Assembly (NCBI GenBank): GCA_002633005.1
Contig: NMRA01000591.1
Coordinates: 191,570-255,569 of the forward strand
Source: Phoronis australis
Taxonomy: Eukaryota; Animalia; Phoronida
DNA: 64,000 nucleotides
Direction: 5' to 3'
Below are positions 1-13,631 of the stretch, in pieces (position 1 is the first letter of the stretch; every line of letters starts with the position of its first letter). The translations under genes were made by a program, and so were the position numbers. The notes below the pieces were generated by a model that had not been told where the DNA came from, did no database searches, and saw only the letters and a list, made by a program, of their open reading frames with translations.

Positions 1-3000
1 TAACAAAGTTTTAAACGCATGCTTAAGGCCACAACAGTCGATAAGATACAACGAAGCTGAGCTGTTTGTTTCTAGTGAACCACAGCTGAGCTGGTTGCGC
101 GTCCCAAGGCGTCACGAGAATTAAATGAACTGGTTCATTGAGTGAACTGTTTCATTTAGTGGTTAAGCCCTAAAAGGCTAACAGACCCGGCGCTGCTCTG
201 TTGTTAGATATTAAAAACGTCAATCCTTTCCAATTTTCTGAATCAAAATAATGCTCTGTAAACTCCAGCAACTCTCAGATGTTTGGAGGGGCGAAAAATT
301 CTTTCAAAGTCAAGCGTGAACTACGATTTTAGTGAATTGCACGGTAACATTGGGGAAAGACCATAAACCCGCCAAGAACCATGATCTGCAATCTGTAACA
401 TAAAGAGTGGGAGATTTTAGTTGATTTTTGCTTTTTATTTTTGAACATTGACGCCAATGATGCATTAGCAGGTGACAGAACGAGGATTGATTGAAATCAT
501 AGAAACAGGGTCGTCTAAGCTATATATCACGTGGGATGGACCGCTCTGATCGAAGCTATTGTCTGCGGGGGTCCTTTTGTATGTATTCGTTCGTCATACA
601 GCGGACATTTTGGGCACTTAGCAATTTCGAAATTCTCAATTATAGATGAAACGTTAAATACGTCAATTGTGCGCAAAAGTTCATGTTCAATACAAAACAG
701 TGCAAAGCTGAATGACTTTATCTGTCGAATGTTATTTCTGATCTCCATTGTGTTTTGAAAAAGATCGTTTGCCTCAACAGTAGCTGATTTTCGAAGTAGA
801 CGCGCCATATTGAAATTAGATATCTTGCCGGACGGCTATCAGCAAAGAGTTCAATAAACACCAACACTTCTCAAGATTAGGTGAGATATTGCCATGTATT
901 TTAAATGAGAACACGTGTTTTTCCTTAAGCTTTAGGGAGGTTCTTGCGTATAACCTTGCCCTACTGAACTGTACCCAGGTCTTTGGTGGACATGTGTTTA
1001 GCGCAACCCCTAGCTCCCACGTGATGCGGATGTGAGATTTCAACGAAGTGGTACATACGACATTACTTTTCCTGCTGTCATAGCAACGGAAGTTTTTCAC
1101 TGATATGTCATGTGATGTGCAAATGACTTTCAGAAAAAGCAAAATTCTTGAAATATCCATGGGTGAACGACGTCATTTCCCATAGGTTTTCCACAGCGAA
1201 GATGAGTCCGCGATTGCATAGTCAGTGACAGTGCCGGACTGTTAAGTTGAGCATTTCAATTTCAGCCGATGTCAAAGTGCTAAAATAAATTTGCAGTCTT
1301 GGCCTAATTAAGTAATTATATGGCTGACTGGGGGATTTCGTCCTCTGTTTTTAAATTAGAGAACCTTTGCAGTGGTAATTTTTCGTTCCACCAATCAGAG
1401 TTGGGATCGAGCGGAAATCATTTTCTCGCTCTCATTACTATAGAGAGCGCCAATAGAAAAGTCCGACTCCAGACATTTGTAGATTAATGCATTTGGCCTC
1501 CACTAGACCGTTTACTTTTTCGGCTGCAAATGTGACTACCTAGATCGATTTTCAGCAGTTCACAAAACAGTACTAACTCGTCATCAAGACTTTCCTCCAT
1601 GTCCTGAGGACATTTGATGATGAGGGAAGTAGAGACTATTGTAATTTCGCCAACTTATAAAGTTTGCAGCTTTTGATGTGAACATAGTGAATGAAAGTGG
1701 TTTCAGGTGCAATGGGCTCAGCTGAGTGGATTGCGCTCGGCCCATGTAACGTGCATAAGAGGAGGTGCTCTATTTTTAGGTTGAACTTTTTCACCTCAAA
1801 CATTTGGTCCGGTTTGTGCTAGAGCTGTGTCTCTTCACGTAGTGGACGTTGGCTTGTAACCAGTGCTGCTGCGGCGGGTGACGAGACAGCGTGTACATTC
1901 GGCAACACTTATGAGAGGCTCGGGCTCTTGACAATTATGATACCAAGAACGTTATCCTTGTAAAATTTATACACTATGTGAAAATTCAAAATTTGCAGAT
2001 TCTGCTGATCTGTATTTTAACAAAATTCAATTTGTAAATTCAAGAATAGTTAAGAAACAAGGAATGCCTTACGCTTTGGAGAGTCTCTGTAGCTTTAGTG
2101 ACCAGCAGTTTTTGAGTTCCTGCTTAAGCCTTGAGCACTACTGCGACACCTACAGGACAATTGAATATAACTGGCACTGCAGCACACATCCTTGACTTTT
2201 CACATATTGAAAGTGGCGGGCCCCAACACAAACTGTCCAAGTCGGGGGTTAGCATCATCTGAGGTCAATGCTTCCACGTAGGTATGGGTCGCGGTAACGG
2301 CAACATTCCCGCAGCCCATACTAACTCAAGAAAATAAAACTTGTCGTTGGAAATAGGAACTTAGTTAATAAAAAACTAATCCTAATTAGCAAATTCAACG
2401 CTATTAATAAAAATTCAATCTTAATTGGTAAATTTAACACCAGTTAAAATTGTGCCGTTTACTAACGAAGTCAATCTTGTTGCAAAGATCCATTGTTTTT
2501 AAAATCAATTGTGTCGACTAAAATTTGATTTTCGTGAACCGATTGATTTGTAGAAGTTAGGTTTGATTTTTGCGAATTATGTTTGAGTTTTCTATGAATT
2601 ATTTTTTTTGCCCTTTCCGCCGCCCATATATGATCGTAGAATCACGGAGCCGTCATTGTATTGATGCCTCTAATAATGCTGTGAGGGCTCTGCCGCAAAA
2701 TGACATGGTCAGTAGCATATGCAAGGTTGTTAATCCAGCACCGCCTCTAGGAATGTTTAGCACGACGCCTTTTTTGACGGCACTATGACGTTTTGGATCC
2801 AGTGTGACGACATTTCCATTCTTATTTCCGACTCCAAATTGCGTCATTCACTGCCATGACACGTCATCACTAAACAAACGAGTAAACATAACTTCTTTGG
2901 GATGGATACAATTGTCCTGTGCCTCATAGTGTCGAATTCTGTTTCTCGTGTTAGCTACCGCGTTTTTAGAGTTCCTGGGCAGATTTTCATAAAATTTAGA

Positions 3001-4105
3001 AAGTATGTGTAATAGGGAAACAATGGGACCTTCCTGTTTTGTATTGTATGGCATATTTTACGTGACCTAATTGTCATTTTATGGTCCTAATAAATACTAG
3101 TGTGTCTCTCAAACCCTTGCACAATCTTTGTGAATTGTGAGAAGTGCATTGTTACAGACATTTAGGTGCTGCTATTAAGTACTTAGCCACATGTAGAATT
3201 ACGGGCTAAAATCCCGCTACAGTCATGAACAAAACGTGAAAGTTTATGCCTGCGCCTCCCAGAGAGTACATTTTTGGAATACGAATCGTCGAATACAGAG
3301 TTCAGAAAACGTCACGAGTGCAATCAACTACTCGGAAAGTTAGCAGTTGATTTTAGACAGGTGCTGCCTTTTCACTCGTATTTGGAAACTAGCATGAAGT
3401 GACTGCTGCCGGTATGTCATCCACACGTATGCTACGGCCTCTATTTTGGATGACCAGTATACCAGAATCCTTTGCATGTATGACATTATATGTCCAATAC
3501 AGTTGGTTCATAATTTGCACATTTTCCAGAAAACTCGTATTTTTCAGTTTAAGCTGTATATGTATACCGGAAATATCACGATGGAGAATATTGTGAGGCT
3601 CATTTTATGACAATAAAAACCCTACCATGATTTCCGTTTTCAGCCAGATAAATACGGCGAAGTGCAGACTAGATCTAATGAAAAACTTCAAAGATATAGT
3701 CCATAAATATCGAGTCGCAGTACATCTAGATGCTAAAACGGCAAATTTCAACTTATATTGTCAATGACGGGGTCTGAAAGGTGTTATCATTTTTATTTGT
3801 ATTTCTGAAAGTTCAGACAAGAGTGAACTACTTACCACATAACTTGGGCACTTCTTGACAGTTGTTCATATTGTGCCCTCTTCAAACCTCCATGTGTTGT
3901 CAAGGAAACGTACTTTTCTTATCCGTATACGGACTGATATGAGTCAAATAAATGATTTATCTCTACAACTGTTTCAATATTTGTCTACTCTGCTGTACTG
4001 ATGTTTCAGTTTTAAATAACTATAATTAGTTCCAAAATGATAAACTGCTGTACTTTCAAAGTTCTGATTTTTGACGAAAGTAGAATTTTACGTAACGGTG
4101 AATGT

Positions 4106-6130
4106 AAAAAATGAAAGCGCTCCGAGGAGCGAAACTTGGCGAAATTAACCAAAAAGATGACGATAAAGATGATGAAAAAGATGACTAATATGACGACGAT
4201 GGTGGCGAGGATGAACAAAAGAAGTAATAATAACATACACATGACGAACGTAGAAGTCCAAATCAATAAGAAAAGGGATACAGTCTTGAGCGACACTTGG
4301 CGAAATTAACGGAAAAGACAACGACGGAGATGATGACGAAGATGATAATGATGATGATGACGAATATGATGATGGTGGTAGCGATGATGAACAACATCAA
4401 AACATTCATATGACGAACTTAGATGTCATAAATCAATAAGAAATAGGCTACAGTCTAGTTCAACAGAAGATAAACCAACATCAAGGCAGCAAGAGCGCTC
4501 AACAAAGGAACAGCGTTATCAGAAAATCTCAAATAACTCAAAAAGTAGACGTCTTAGCGAAAAATGGAAAACATCTCCCGAAAGCCCGTTCAAAATTCTA
4601 TCTTAACTGATGGTATCGTCTAATTCCGGAAATTTTTCGAAAACAAATGAAATTTTGCGTTTTTTTTAAGAAATTCAAAGTCAAATAACTCGAAAACGGT
4701 AAGTCTTTGAACCTTAAAATGAAAACAAAATGGCTGCCACAGCCGCCATCTTGGATCCGATTTTGACGAAAAACAATAGGCTTCCAGTACTTCTGGAAGT
4801 ACGTGTTATGTGTAAATTTCGTGATGATTGGACGAAAATTGCGACCTGTATCGTGCGAACAAACAAAAAAAATGAAAGCGCTCCGAGGAGCGAACCTTGG
4901 CGAAATTAACCAAAAATATGACGATAAAGATGATGACGAAGATGACGAATATGACGAAGATGGTGGCGAGGATGAACAAAAGAAGTAATAATGACATACA
5001 CATGACGAACGTAGAAGTCCGAAATCAGAAAGAAAAAGACTAGTCTTGAGCGGCACTTGGTGAAATTAAGGAAAAGACGGAGATGATGACGAAGATGATG
5101 ACGATGATGACGAATATGATGATGGTGGTGGCGATGATGAACAACATCACAACATTCATTTGACGAACTTAGATGTCATAAATCAATAAGAAATAGGCTA
5201 CAGTCTAGTTCAATAGAAGATAAACCAACATCAATGCAGCAAGAGCGCTCAACAAAGGAACAGCGTTATTATAAAATCTCAAATAACTCAAAAAGTAGAC
5301 GTCCTAGCGAAAAATGGAAAACATCTTCTGAAAGCCCGTTTGAAATTCTATTTAAACTGATGGTATCGCCTAATTCCGTAAATTTTTCGAAAAAAATGAA
5401 ATTTTGCGTTTTTTTAGAAATTTAAAGTCAGATAGCTCAAAAACGGTAAGTCTGAGAAAAAATTGTTATAATTCGTTTGAAAGAATATACCTTAGAGGAT
5501 CCACATGCAAAAATTCACGTCATATTCTGCTCTCGTTTAAATGGCACCCAAGTACGACTGAAAATAGGTCAACATACGTTAGAACCGCCATCTTGAAAGC
5601 AACTTCCGGTTTTTTGGCTTTGTATACTAGCATGTCATAAGAAACTAATACTTGTAAACATGCGAAGGAATTGGTCCCATAATGCGCCCTCTACGGGAGA
5701 AAAAGTTTTTAGCCCAAAATCGAGGTGCGCATGCGCGATTGCCGATATTTCCGCCATCTTTAACCGGAAGTAAACAATTTCCAGCATATATGTAGTGCAC
5801 ATCCGGGCCATTCATTGTGCTGATTTTCAGCTCTGTACGTAAAAAATTGTAGCCTCCAGAAGCCTTTGAATCTTAAAATGAAAACAAAATGGCCGCCACA
5901 GCCGCCATCTTGGATCCAATTTTGACGAAAAACAATAGGCTTTCAGTACTTACGGAAGTACGTGTTATGTGTAAATTTCGCGAAAATTGCGACCTGTATC
6001 GTGCAAACAAACAAAAAAAAACTTAGTGGGAGAGCAACATACTTGCCGAAATTTATTTCGCCAAGTAACAAACTTAGTGACAGAGCAGCATACTTGGCGA
6101 AATTTTTATACAAACTTAGTGGAAGAGCAA
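4106..6130. repeat. Internally duplicated non-autonomous repeat with GAT/GAC low-complexity tracts
   Basis: About 4106-4710 is repeated at about 4868-5452 (AAAATGAAAGCGCTCCGAGGAGCGAA...AAAACGGTAAGTCT). About 4710-4870 is repeated at about 5870-6020 (GCCGCCATCTTGGATCC). Three AAACTTAGTG..AGAGCA units lie at 6019-6130. Confidence 0.8.
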
Positions 6131-7168
6131 TGTATTTTCGTTCTGCTCACTCCGACCCCTTTGACTGGTGAGCCGTCGTTGCTATCGTGGAGTGACACGC
6201 ATGCATGGCAAGTAATGATTACTGAAAATACTGCGGCTGCTTATATCTCTACTATATATATATGCGTTTCACTGGTAATGCCTTAAGACAAGTCCGTGAA
6301 ATTACATAAACACTCATTTTGTCACAATGCTGTTAAGCCTATCTGCTCCTTTTCAATCTATTCATTAATTACAGTACATGGCGTTTTCGATTTTCTGCTG
6401 TTCCTATGTAGCACTTCATTTTCCACCGACTCAAAGCTCTAGAGGAAAGTTTTAGATGAAAATTTCCTTATCTGCCAGGTTGAATGTACTCTCAGCGTAA
6501 GCGCCATTAAATGAAAAACGTTAGCTTTGTAACCCCATGATCGTCCACTGACTGTTTGACGACTAGGTTAAAGCCAATTTAGACTCAATTTAGATAAATG
6601 TACACAAGGCAAAAGTTGAATGACTGACTATCACATTACTAACTTAAGCCACAGCGTGCAGGTGTACCCCTATAGGTGCATAATTGTTTGCAAATTCGTT
6701 TTGAAATCTCGAACCAACTGATTCAATTCTTTGTATCTCTAATAAAGACAGGGCTGTTTTGTTTAACCCGACATTGATTAATCCAAACCATAAGTAAATA
6801 ATTTAAAAGGGGAGTTGTTATTTTGGCCTTGGAATCAAACTGGGAACAAATTTATTTAAGCGAGGATCAGATTAGTTACTTCCGTTTTTGAAATTTCATT
6901 GCAGGAGTGAATAGTTTATCACCGTTTTTTAGAGTTCTGATTCGCTACAAATGCTAAACAAAGTTCTGAAATGTCACAATAATCACTGGAAATGTTATTT
7001 CTGGAAACAAACAGCTGATCCAAGGAAACAAAACACACTGCAATATTAAAAGTGCATATTAGGTAGAGGTCGCAGTGCGCCAAACTACTGTTCTCACGAC
7101 TAAGCAAAAAGACACAACGTTGTTTCTGCTTGTTACAGCACTTAGTTACGGTTTGTTCTCTATTGCAG

Positions 7169-7345
7169 GATGTCTTGCGTTCATCCTTAACACGGCAATT
7201 ATTGTCCGAGTTCTACGCCTGCGAAAACCCATTTATTTCGACAAACAATCGTGCAGTTTAGCTGTCTCAGACCTCTTGGAAACGAGTCTGTTTCTTCTGG
7301 AGATCCCCTGTCGTCTTGTTCACGGCTGGATGTACACAGACATAG
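7169..7345 (+). CDS. Opsin exon (TM1-TM2-EL1); first recovered exon, upstream exon(s) not found
   Basis: Acceptor ttctctattgcAG at 7168 (alternative in-frame acceptor ttgttacAG at 7138); donor G|GTATAA at 7346. Peptide GCLAFILNTAIIVRVLRLRKPIYFDKQSCSLAVSDLLETSLFLLEIPCRLVHGWMYTDIG carries the class-A GPCR TM1 Asn, the LAxxD motif and the GW motif. Confidence 0.85.
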
Positions 7346-7606
7346 GTATAACGAAGTTAATTACTCCTTTGATTAGTGCGGCTTTTTGTCACTTTGCTGT
7401 AACTGACAACAGCTGCTCCCATTATTTTCAGAACAATGCTATCACGAAGCAGTAGAACTGATGCGCAGAGATGTTCCAATGTTATTTGGAAAAAGTGCTT
7501 AATTCATGTAACCATTTTATGTGCCCACATAGACATTTTATGTGGTTGCATATCGCCCTCTTATCTGTCGAGGCATGCGGCGTCCCTCGTCCGGCTTGCA
7601 ATTTGT

Positions 7607-7654
<48 letters not shown>

Positions 7655-7659
7655 TGTGT
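7607..7659. repeat. (GT)n microsatellite
   Basis: Imperfect TG dinucleotide run read directly from the sequence. Confidence 0.95.
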
Positions 7660-7721
7660 TTCTGCACGAATACGTGATTGATGTGACCACGAATGACGTC
7701 AACATTTGGACTGATCCTACG

Positions 7722-10454
7722 TAGTCTAGTAGCCAGGAATAGGCACCATGAAATTCTTGGTGGTTTAAGGTTTTTCGTTTGTTTCGGGCCAAGGTGCGCC
7801 TCGTGAAGCATTTTACCTGGGTTGTAAACTTGAAAAACCTGCGCATTTTTCAATTATGTAAATTAACTCCAACGTTAAGCAAAATTCTTTTTCTGCTCAT
7901 AACTTCCATACCAAGCATTGCAAGTCGATTAGTTTGATGTTTTCAGTTATGTTTCTATGGTCAGTGAATATAATGGAGCTAGTTTGGAGGTGTATACATC
8001 AATAATTTACATAAACTATGCACATTGAGGCAGCCTTGATGAAAATTCTTCTTGTGCTCAAAGCTATGGCATCAGCAACTAAAGACAATTTATATTGTTT
8101 GTTACACGCATGTTTGGACAGTGAATTGATTGGAGCTACTCTGACAAGTGATGCGTAGAAAATTTGCATAAATTTTGTAAATTGAGGCAGCCATTATTAA
8201 AAATTTTATTTGTGCTTTTCATGGCTGTAGTATCACAAGTAAATTATATTGTTAATTGTACCCTTGTTTCCGTAATCAATTAATTTAGTGAATTAAGTTC
8301 ACAGGTTGTTGCATGACCAATGCTTATAATTTATGCCTATAAGAGACACAATAACTTTAAACTTCTGTTTCTGCTCATAACTTCATTACGGTGCGCTACA
8401 TGTAGATTATTCTACACCGGGTTCTTACGAATGACCGCATTAATTATAAAAAACGTCTTTCTAAAAGTATTCATAACGGGACTTCAGTATCTTCTATATA
8501 ACAAAATCTGAAGCAGACAACGTGGTTCAGTTGACAGCATCGATTTGTGGCGTTCATAATTTGACCCAAGACGCAGGTGCTGTCTTGCAGTGTGAAGGCA
8601 CACATTGCATTAACGAAATTTAGGAATACGGTTTAGGAATCTATATGGAGGTACTAAAATTATCAGATGCAGGTCCCTATTAATTAATAATTAGCTTTTC
8701 ACTCAGGTTCTTAACTCATGCCTTCATTTCAATTTTAAAGAGAGTCGTTAAATGAAGTCACACTGTTTTTTTCGAGTTTCAGGAAGTAGATATTTGTTAT
8801 TCTCCCAGCCGGCGTCTGTTCATCCACTGGAAGTCTTCTTCAAAATCCCACTCTCGTTTCTAAGCCCTGGTTCAATCTCATGGAAGCTCAGCAGAAAAGA
8901 CGAGTCTTTCATGAAAAGCTTGCGTAAACAAGGTTCTTGTTTTGCCAGAAAACGTAAAATCAAACGATGTAATCATTAATGCTATGAAATCATTCCATAT
9001 CAGGCACCTAAGACATAGAAAAACACAAGAGTGGCGACAGTCAGTGAAGTTGTGACCAAAATGCTTAATAAATAAATTAGGTTACTGGTAGGTACCTCTT
9101 AAAATGGCCTACATAGGCTTTTTCAACGCAAAACATTGCTGCACACCACCTGTCAGAGCAGAAAAAATTATTTGATCCCAGCAGAGCAGCAAGTAAATTG
9201 GTATGTATTCCTTTACGTCTCTTGTTATTGTAAACTCCAGAGCACCGGAGGAAGTCCTTTGTATGACTAATTTTTGCTTGTGCAATTTTTAAAAACTAAA
9301 AGATGTCTTTAGAAACAACAAAGTCAGTAAATTAATAATTTGTTTTATTTACATTCACATTGAAACCCAACTGTCTAACTTTGACACCTCGAATTTTTTG
9401 GATGACACTGTAAATTTAAACGCTTGTACAAATACTTGGTGTTGAAAAGCCACGATTTAGTTTAAATGTTGAGCAACTTATTTACTTGATTTTATAACTG
9501 CCTTTGAAACATTTGATACTTTCATAGAAAAATCAAGAAAATAAATCGTGTATCCAGCATTTTCAATGCCTGTGTCAAGTTTAGGGATTCGAATTTGGTG
9601 ATTTGGTGGATGCTGGGCCGGGACTGGAGTTTAGAGTGATTGTAACTGGAACGTAGAAGCGCATGCTGAGACGGTGTTTCAGCCCCTTGGTGACATGGTG
9701 GTAATTGACTGAACGCTGTCCTGTGGAAAAACAAAACCTACATGAATCGCGGAAAAATTTAATAACTTGCATTTGATTTACATGCATAATTTGTACCTGC
9801 GTTACTTGTATCTGTTAGGGGGAGTATATAAAATAAATAATGGCACCTGCAGTTTCATGAGTTTCATATATTTATGATGTTATATCTAGCAAACTGATTT
9901 GATTAAATTGATTGACCTCGAAAACATGGGTGTAAATATCAAGGTGTTTTACATGAAGGGCCTCTTATGGCAGTCACGAGTACTAACAGAATTTGTATTA
10001 CTGTGGCCATTATTTGCATAAATTGTGCAAGTTTGTCATGCATCAGCTTGCACGCTGAATTATTTAAATTAAATAACCATAGAAACAATATATAAAATAT
10101 CCACGTAATTTACCTGTTTTACTTATTATCCTAACGCAAGTAGGTTTTTGAAAGTTAGAAAATTTAACTTGCCTAAATCATGCAAATTCACTATAAATCC
10201 ACTTGCAAAACCAGCCCCATTGAATTCAATGATCTTGCAAACATAGGCAAAAATAATATACCCGTGGTACTTGGAAAGGGTGTTATAAGCAAAAACAAAT
10301 TTTTGCTTAATGGCGGCTTAATTTGCATATTTGACGACGTTCGAAGTTTCACAACCCATCTAAAATGATTCGTGGGAGCACTTCTAAATTAAACATTAAA
10401 AAGATTATACTACCACGAGTTTTTATGGAGACCCTAAGGGTGGCCACTAGGCTA
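7722..10454. mobile_element. Non-autonomous DNA transposon with long degenerate TIRs (TAG...CTA termini, possibly Academ-like)
   Basis: Left end TAGTCTAGTAGCCA versus reverse complement of right end TAGCCTAGTGGCCA. Inverted similarity continues about 180 bp (CATTTTA..TGGGTTGT.AAACTT, AAATTAA, TTAAGCAAAA). No clear TSD and no transposase. Confidence 0.6.
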
Positions 10455-11350
10455 TGTCACTGGGTCTCCTTAACAATGGTAGCTATGTGTACGCTTACCT
10501 CTGTATCTTTCGAGTTTTTAGACACTAAGGTTTCATGAAGTTTTGCAAGTAAACATGTTTTGTCGGAATGTCGACTGCCAATGTTGTAGTTGTATTGTTT
10601 TGTTTTGTTATTATGATTGATTGTCATGACCCCTGATTAGTACAGTGATGATGTAATTTGTTTACTACAGAATAATATGGAACTTTCTAGAAGACTCTAG
10701 CATGACAGTGATTAATGCAGTCTGGAATATTCTAGAATACATGTTTGTCATGCTATGAACATTCCCATTAAATAAGATTGGTTCTAACCCCAGTGGTTAA
10801 GGTAAACGGTGGAGTATGGAAAATTGAACTAGACCGTATTTATCCACCTTGGCTGAGTCGCGCTCGGCTCACGATCAAAGGGATGCCGCCAAGCTGCTCT
10901 AGTCATCGAGTCACGAGCGAGGATAATTGGCTTCGCTCATGCGGATATGATCAGCTGATTACAATCTAGCTAGCAGACTGTACTTTTTATGGAGAGAGTT
11001 TTACGTAGTTTTTACTGCAATATTTGAAAAGAGGAGCGAAACCAAATATGAGTACAACTTTGAATTTTTCAAATCGGCCCAGGATAAGAGATTTTGCAAC
11101 ACAGCAACACTCACGATTACTTTCATTCGGCGCGCACTAATACAAAAGTATAGGACCCAAGTTATTTGGATTTTGGAACACATGCATTGCAATATTCAAA
11201 ATACGTTTATTATGAATCTTACAAGCTGTAAAACGACGTTGTTAATTTCTCCCACACAAGGGGAAAAACGTGGCAACTGGGGGACCCGCAAGGAGTTTAC
11301 TGACGATAACAAGGTGTGATAAAGTGGACTGTTCGAATTATCGACTCACT

Positions 11351-12451
11351 ATGAAGACAAGATCTCAACTAAGAGATTTGATGGCCCTCGGACAAGAAAT
11401 GGGTCTGCAAGGAGACAATCTCAAACAGATTATTGAACAACAACAAGCTGAGTCTCGTGCTGAGGCTGAAGCTGAGGCGGAGGAGAGAAGGCAGGCGCAA
11501 GAGGATGAGGCGGAGGAGAGAAGGCAGGCGCAAGAGGATGAGGCGGATTAGAGAAGGCAAGCTCGTGCGGCTGAAGGAAGGGCGCTTGAGGCCGAGGAGA
11601 GGAGGCAAGCCAGCGAAGCTGAACAGCAGATGGAGAGAGAAAAAATGGAACACGAGAGGGCGCTAACAGCACTTAAAGCTGAACATGTTGCAGCAGAAGG
11701 TAACCATACTAGGCCAACTGATGGCGTAAAACCGATGCTACCCAAGTTTGATGAAAAGCAGGACGGTATGGACAACTTCCTGGAAAGGTTTGAAAGATAT
11801 GCAGAGAGCCAAGGTTGGACCCAGAGTGAATGGGCAAGTAGTCTCAGTCTCCTGTTAACAGGTAAAGGCCTGCAGGTTTATACCAGCCTCCCAATGGCTT
11901 ATGCACTAGTTTATGCTACACTCAAGAGAGCCTTGCTGAAGAGTTATGAACTGACTGAAGAGGGTTTTGGCAGACAGTTCCGGGAAGCGAGGGCTGAGGA
12001 GGGCGAGACAACATTCCAGTTCGTGGCACGCATACAGCGTTACCTAGACAGGTGGATCGACGTGTCCGACTGTGGCAAAGACTTTGCTGAGTTGAGAGAC
12101 TTGTTACTGCGGGACCAGTACGTTAACACCTGTACTAAGGACTTGGCCTTGTTCCTGCGAGAGCGGACAACCAAGACTGTGCCAGAGATGGTGAGTTTAG
12201 CAGAGACATATATTGAGTCTCATGGAGTGGATATAACGAGCACCCTGTGGAAAAATCCCAACAACGACCAGTCAAGACTGACAACCAGAGAGTCGACCAG
12301 AAGAAAACTGACCTCGCAGAGGAAAGGTGTTTGTTCTGTCACAAAACTGGACACCTGGCTAGAGACTGTCGGAATCGGACACAAGAGATGCAACACCAAA
12401 AGTCAGCAGCGGTCAACCACTGAGGTTCCCAGAGGAAAGAACATTTGGTGA
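11351..12451 (+). pseudogene. gag: Gypsy gag (coiled-coil, capsid/SCAN-like region, degenerate zinc knuckle)
   Basis: LPKFDEKQDGMDNFLERFERYA...W...LSLLLTGKGLQVY...LKRALLKSYELTEEGF...FR; an in-frame stop at about 11549; 33-bp tandem repeat at 11474-11550. Confidence 0.85.
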
Positions 12452-12804
12452 AGCGTGCTCACCCTGAACGCGCCTTCAAAGGAAAGCTGCGTCTGAAGGA
12501 GGGGAGTGTTGGCTCGAAGAAGGTCTCAGTGTTCGGAGACACAGGCTGCACAACCATCGTGGTTCGATCCAGTCTACTCGAACCAGGAGATAGAACCTGC
12601 CAGAAGTGGTCATGCGAGTTGGCGGACTTAACCAAGAGATGGCTGCCTGTGGCAAAGATCAACATCAAGACACTGTACTACACAGTAGAAATGTTTGCGC
12701 TGTGTATGGAGCGTCCAGTGGTCGATTTGATTATTGGGGACGTACCTGGCGCCTTGGACCCAGGGGATGTTGAGCGACAGCAGAGGGAAACTAGTGTCAA
12801 CTAG
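12445..12804 (+). pseudogene. Gypsy aspartic protease
   Basis: GDTGCTTIVV catalytic motif and DLIIG motif. Confidence 0.85.
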
Positions 12805-13631
12805 AACAATACAGGCAATAGCATTGTGGAGGGTCCGAAAGATGGCTCTCAAAAGGGTACTACTTCTCAAGAGGAGAAACCAGTGACCTCAACTCCAGAG
12901 GGAGAAGAGGTGACCGACATGTCGGTAGGAACAGATCCTCATGAATCCAGCAGGGAAACGGTAGTAATGACAACNTCAAATTAGCCGGTGGAGCGTGAGA
13001 CCCCTGAGGTCCCAATCGAGTCCTCACGACAACTTCGCGTTATGAGTCTACTCGAACCAGGAGATAGAACCTGCCAGAAGTGGTCATGCGAGTTGGCGGA
13101 CTTAACCAAGAGATGGCTGCCTGTGGCAAAGATCAACATCAAGACACTGTACTACACAGTAGAAATGTTTGCGCTGCGTATGGAGCGTCCAGTGGTCGAT
13201 TTGATTATTGGGGACGTACATGTACCTGGCGCCTTGGACCCAGGGGATGTTGAGCGACAGCAGAGGGAAACTAGTGTCAACTAGAACAATACAGGCAATA
13301 GCATTGTGGAGGGTCCGAAAGATGGCTCTCAAAAGGGTACTACTTCTCAAGAGGAGAAACCAGTGACCTCAACTCCAGAGGGAGAAGAGGTGACCGACAT
13401 GTCGGTAGGAACAGATCCTCATGAATCCAGCAGGGAAACGGTAGTAATGACAACCAGGGCTCAAGCACAGCTACAAAAAGCGGACATTGAACCGTTAGCT
13501 GTATCTCCGACCAAACAAGAAGTGGGACTAAAGCAGTTCAAGGAAGCCCAGCATGAAGACTCAGCAATGAAAATCTGTGGGAGCAAGCTGAAGCCAAGGT
13601 TAAGCAACAGACCAAAGGCAAGGGGACATAC

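Noticed and set aside
527-1160. ORFs of 75-114 aa at the window start
   Set aside because: No recognisable motifs or convincing splice context; cannot be assigned to a gene.
4012-5056. Asp/Glu-rich ORFs, and hydrophobic or Ser-rich antisense ORFs, resembling acidic matrix proteins
   Set aside because: They arise from GAT/GAC low-complexity tracts in a duplicated repeat and have frequent stops and no splice structure.
7436-7853. ORFs with CV/TH dipeptide repeats
   Set aside because: Translations of the (GT)n microsatellite.
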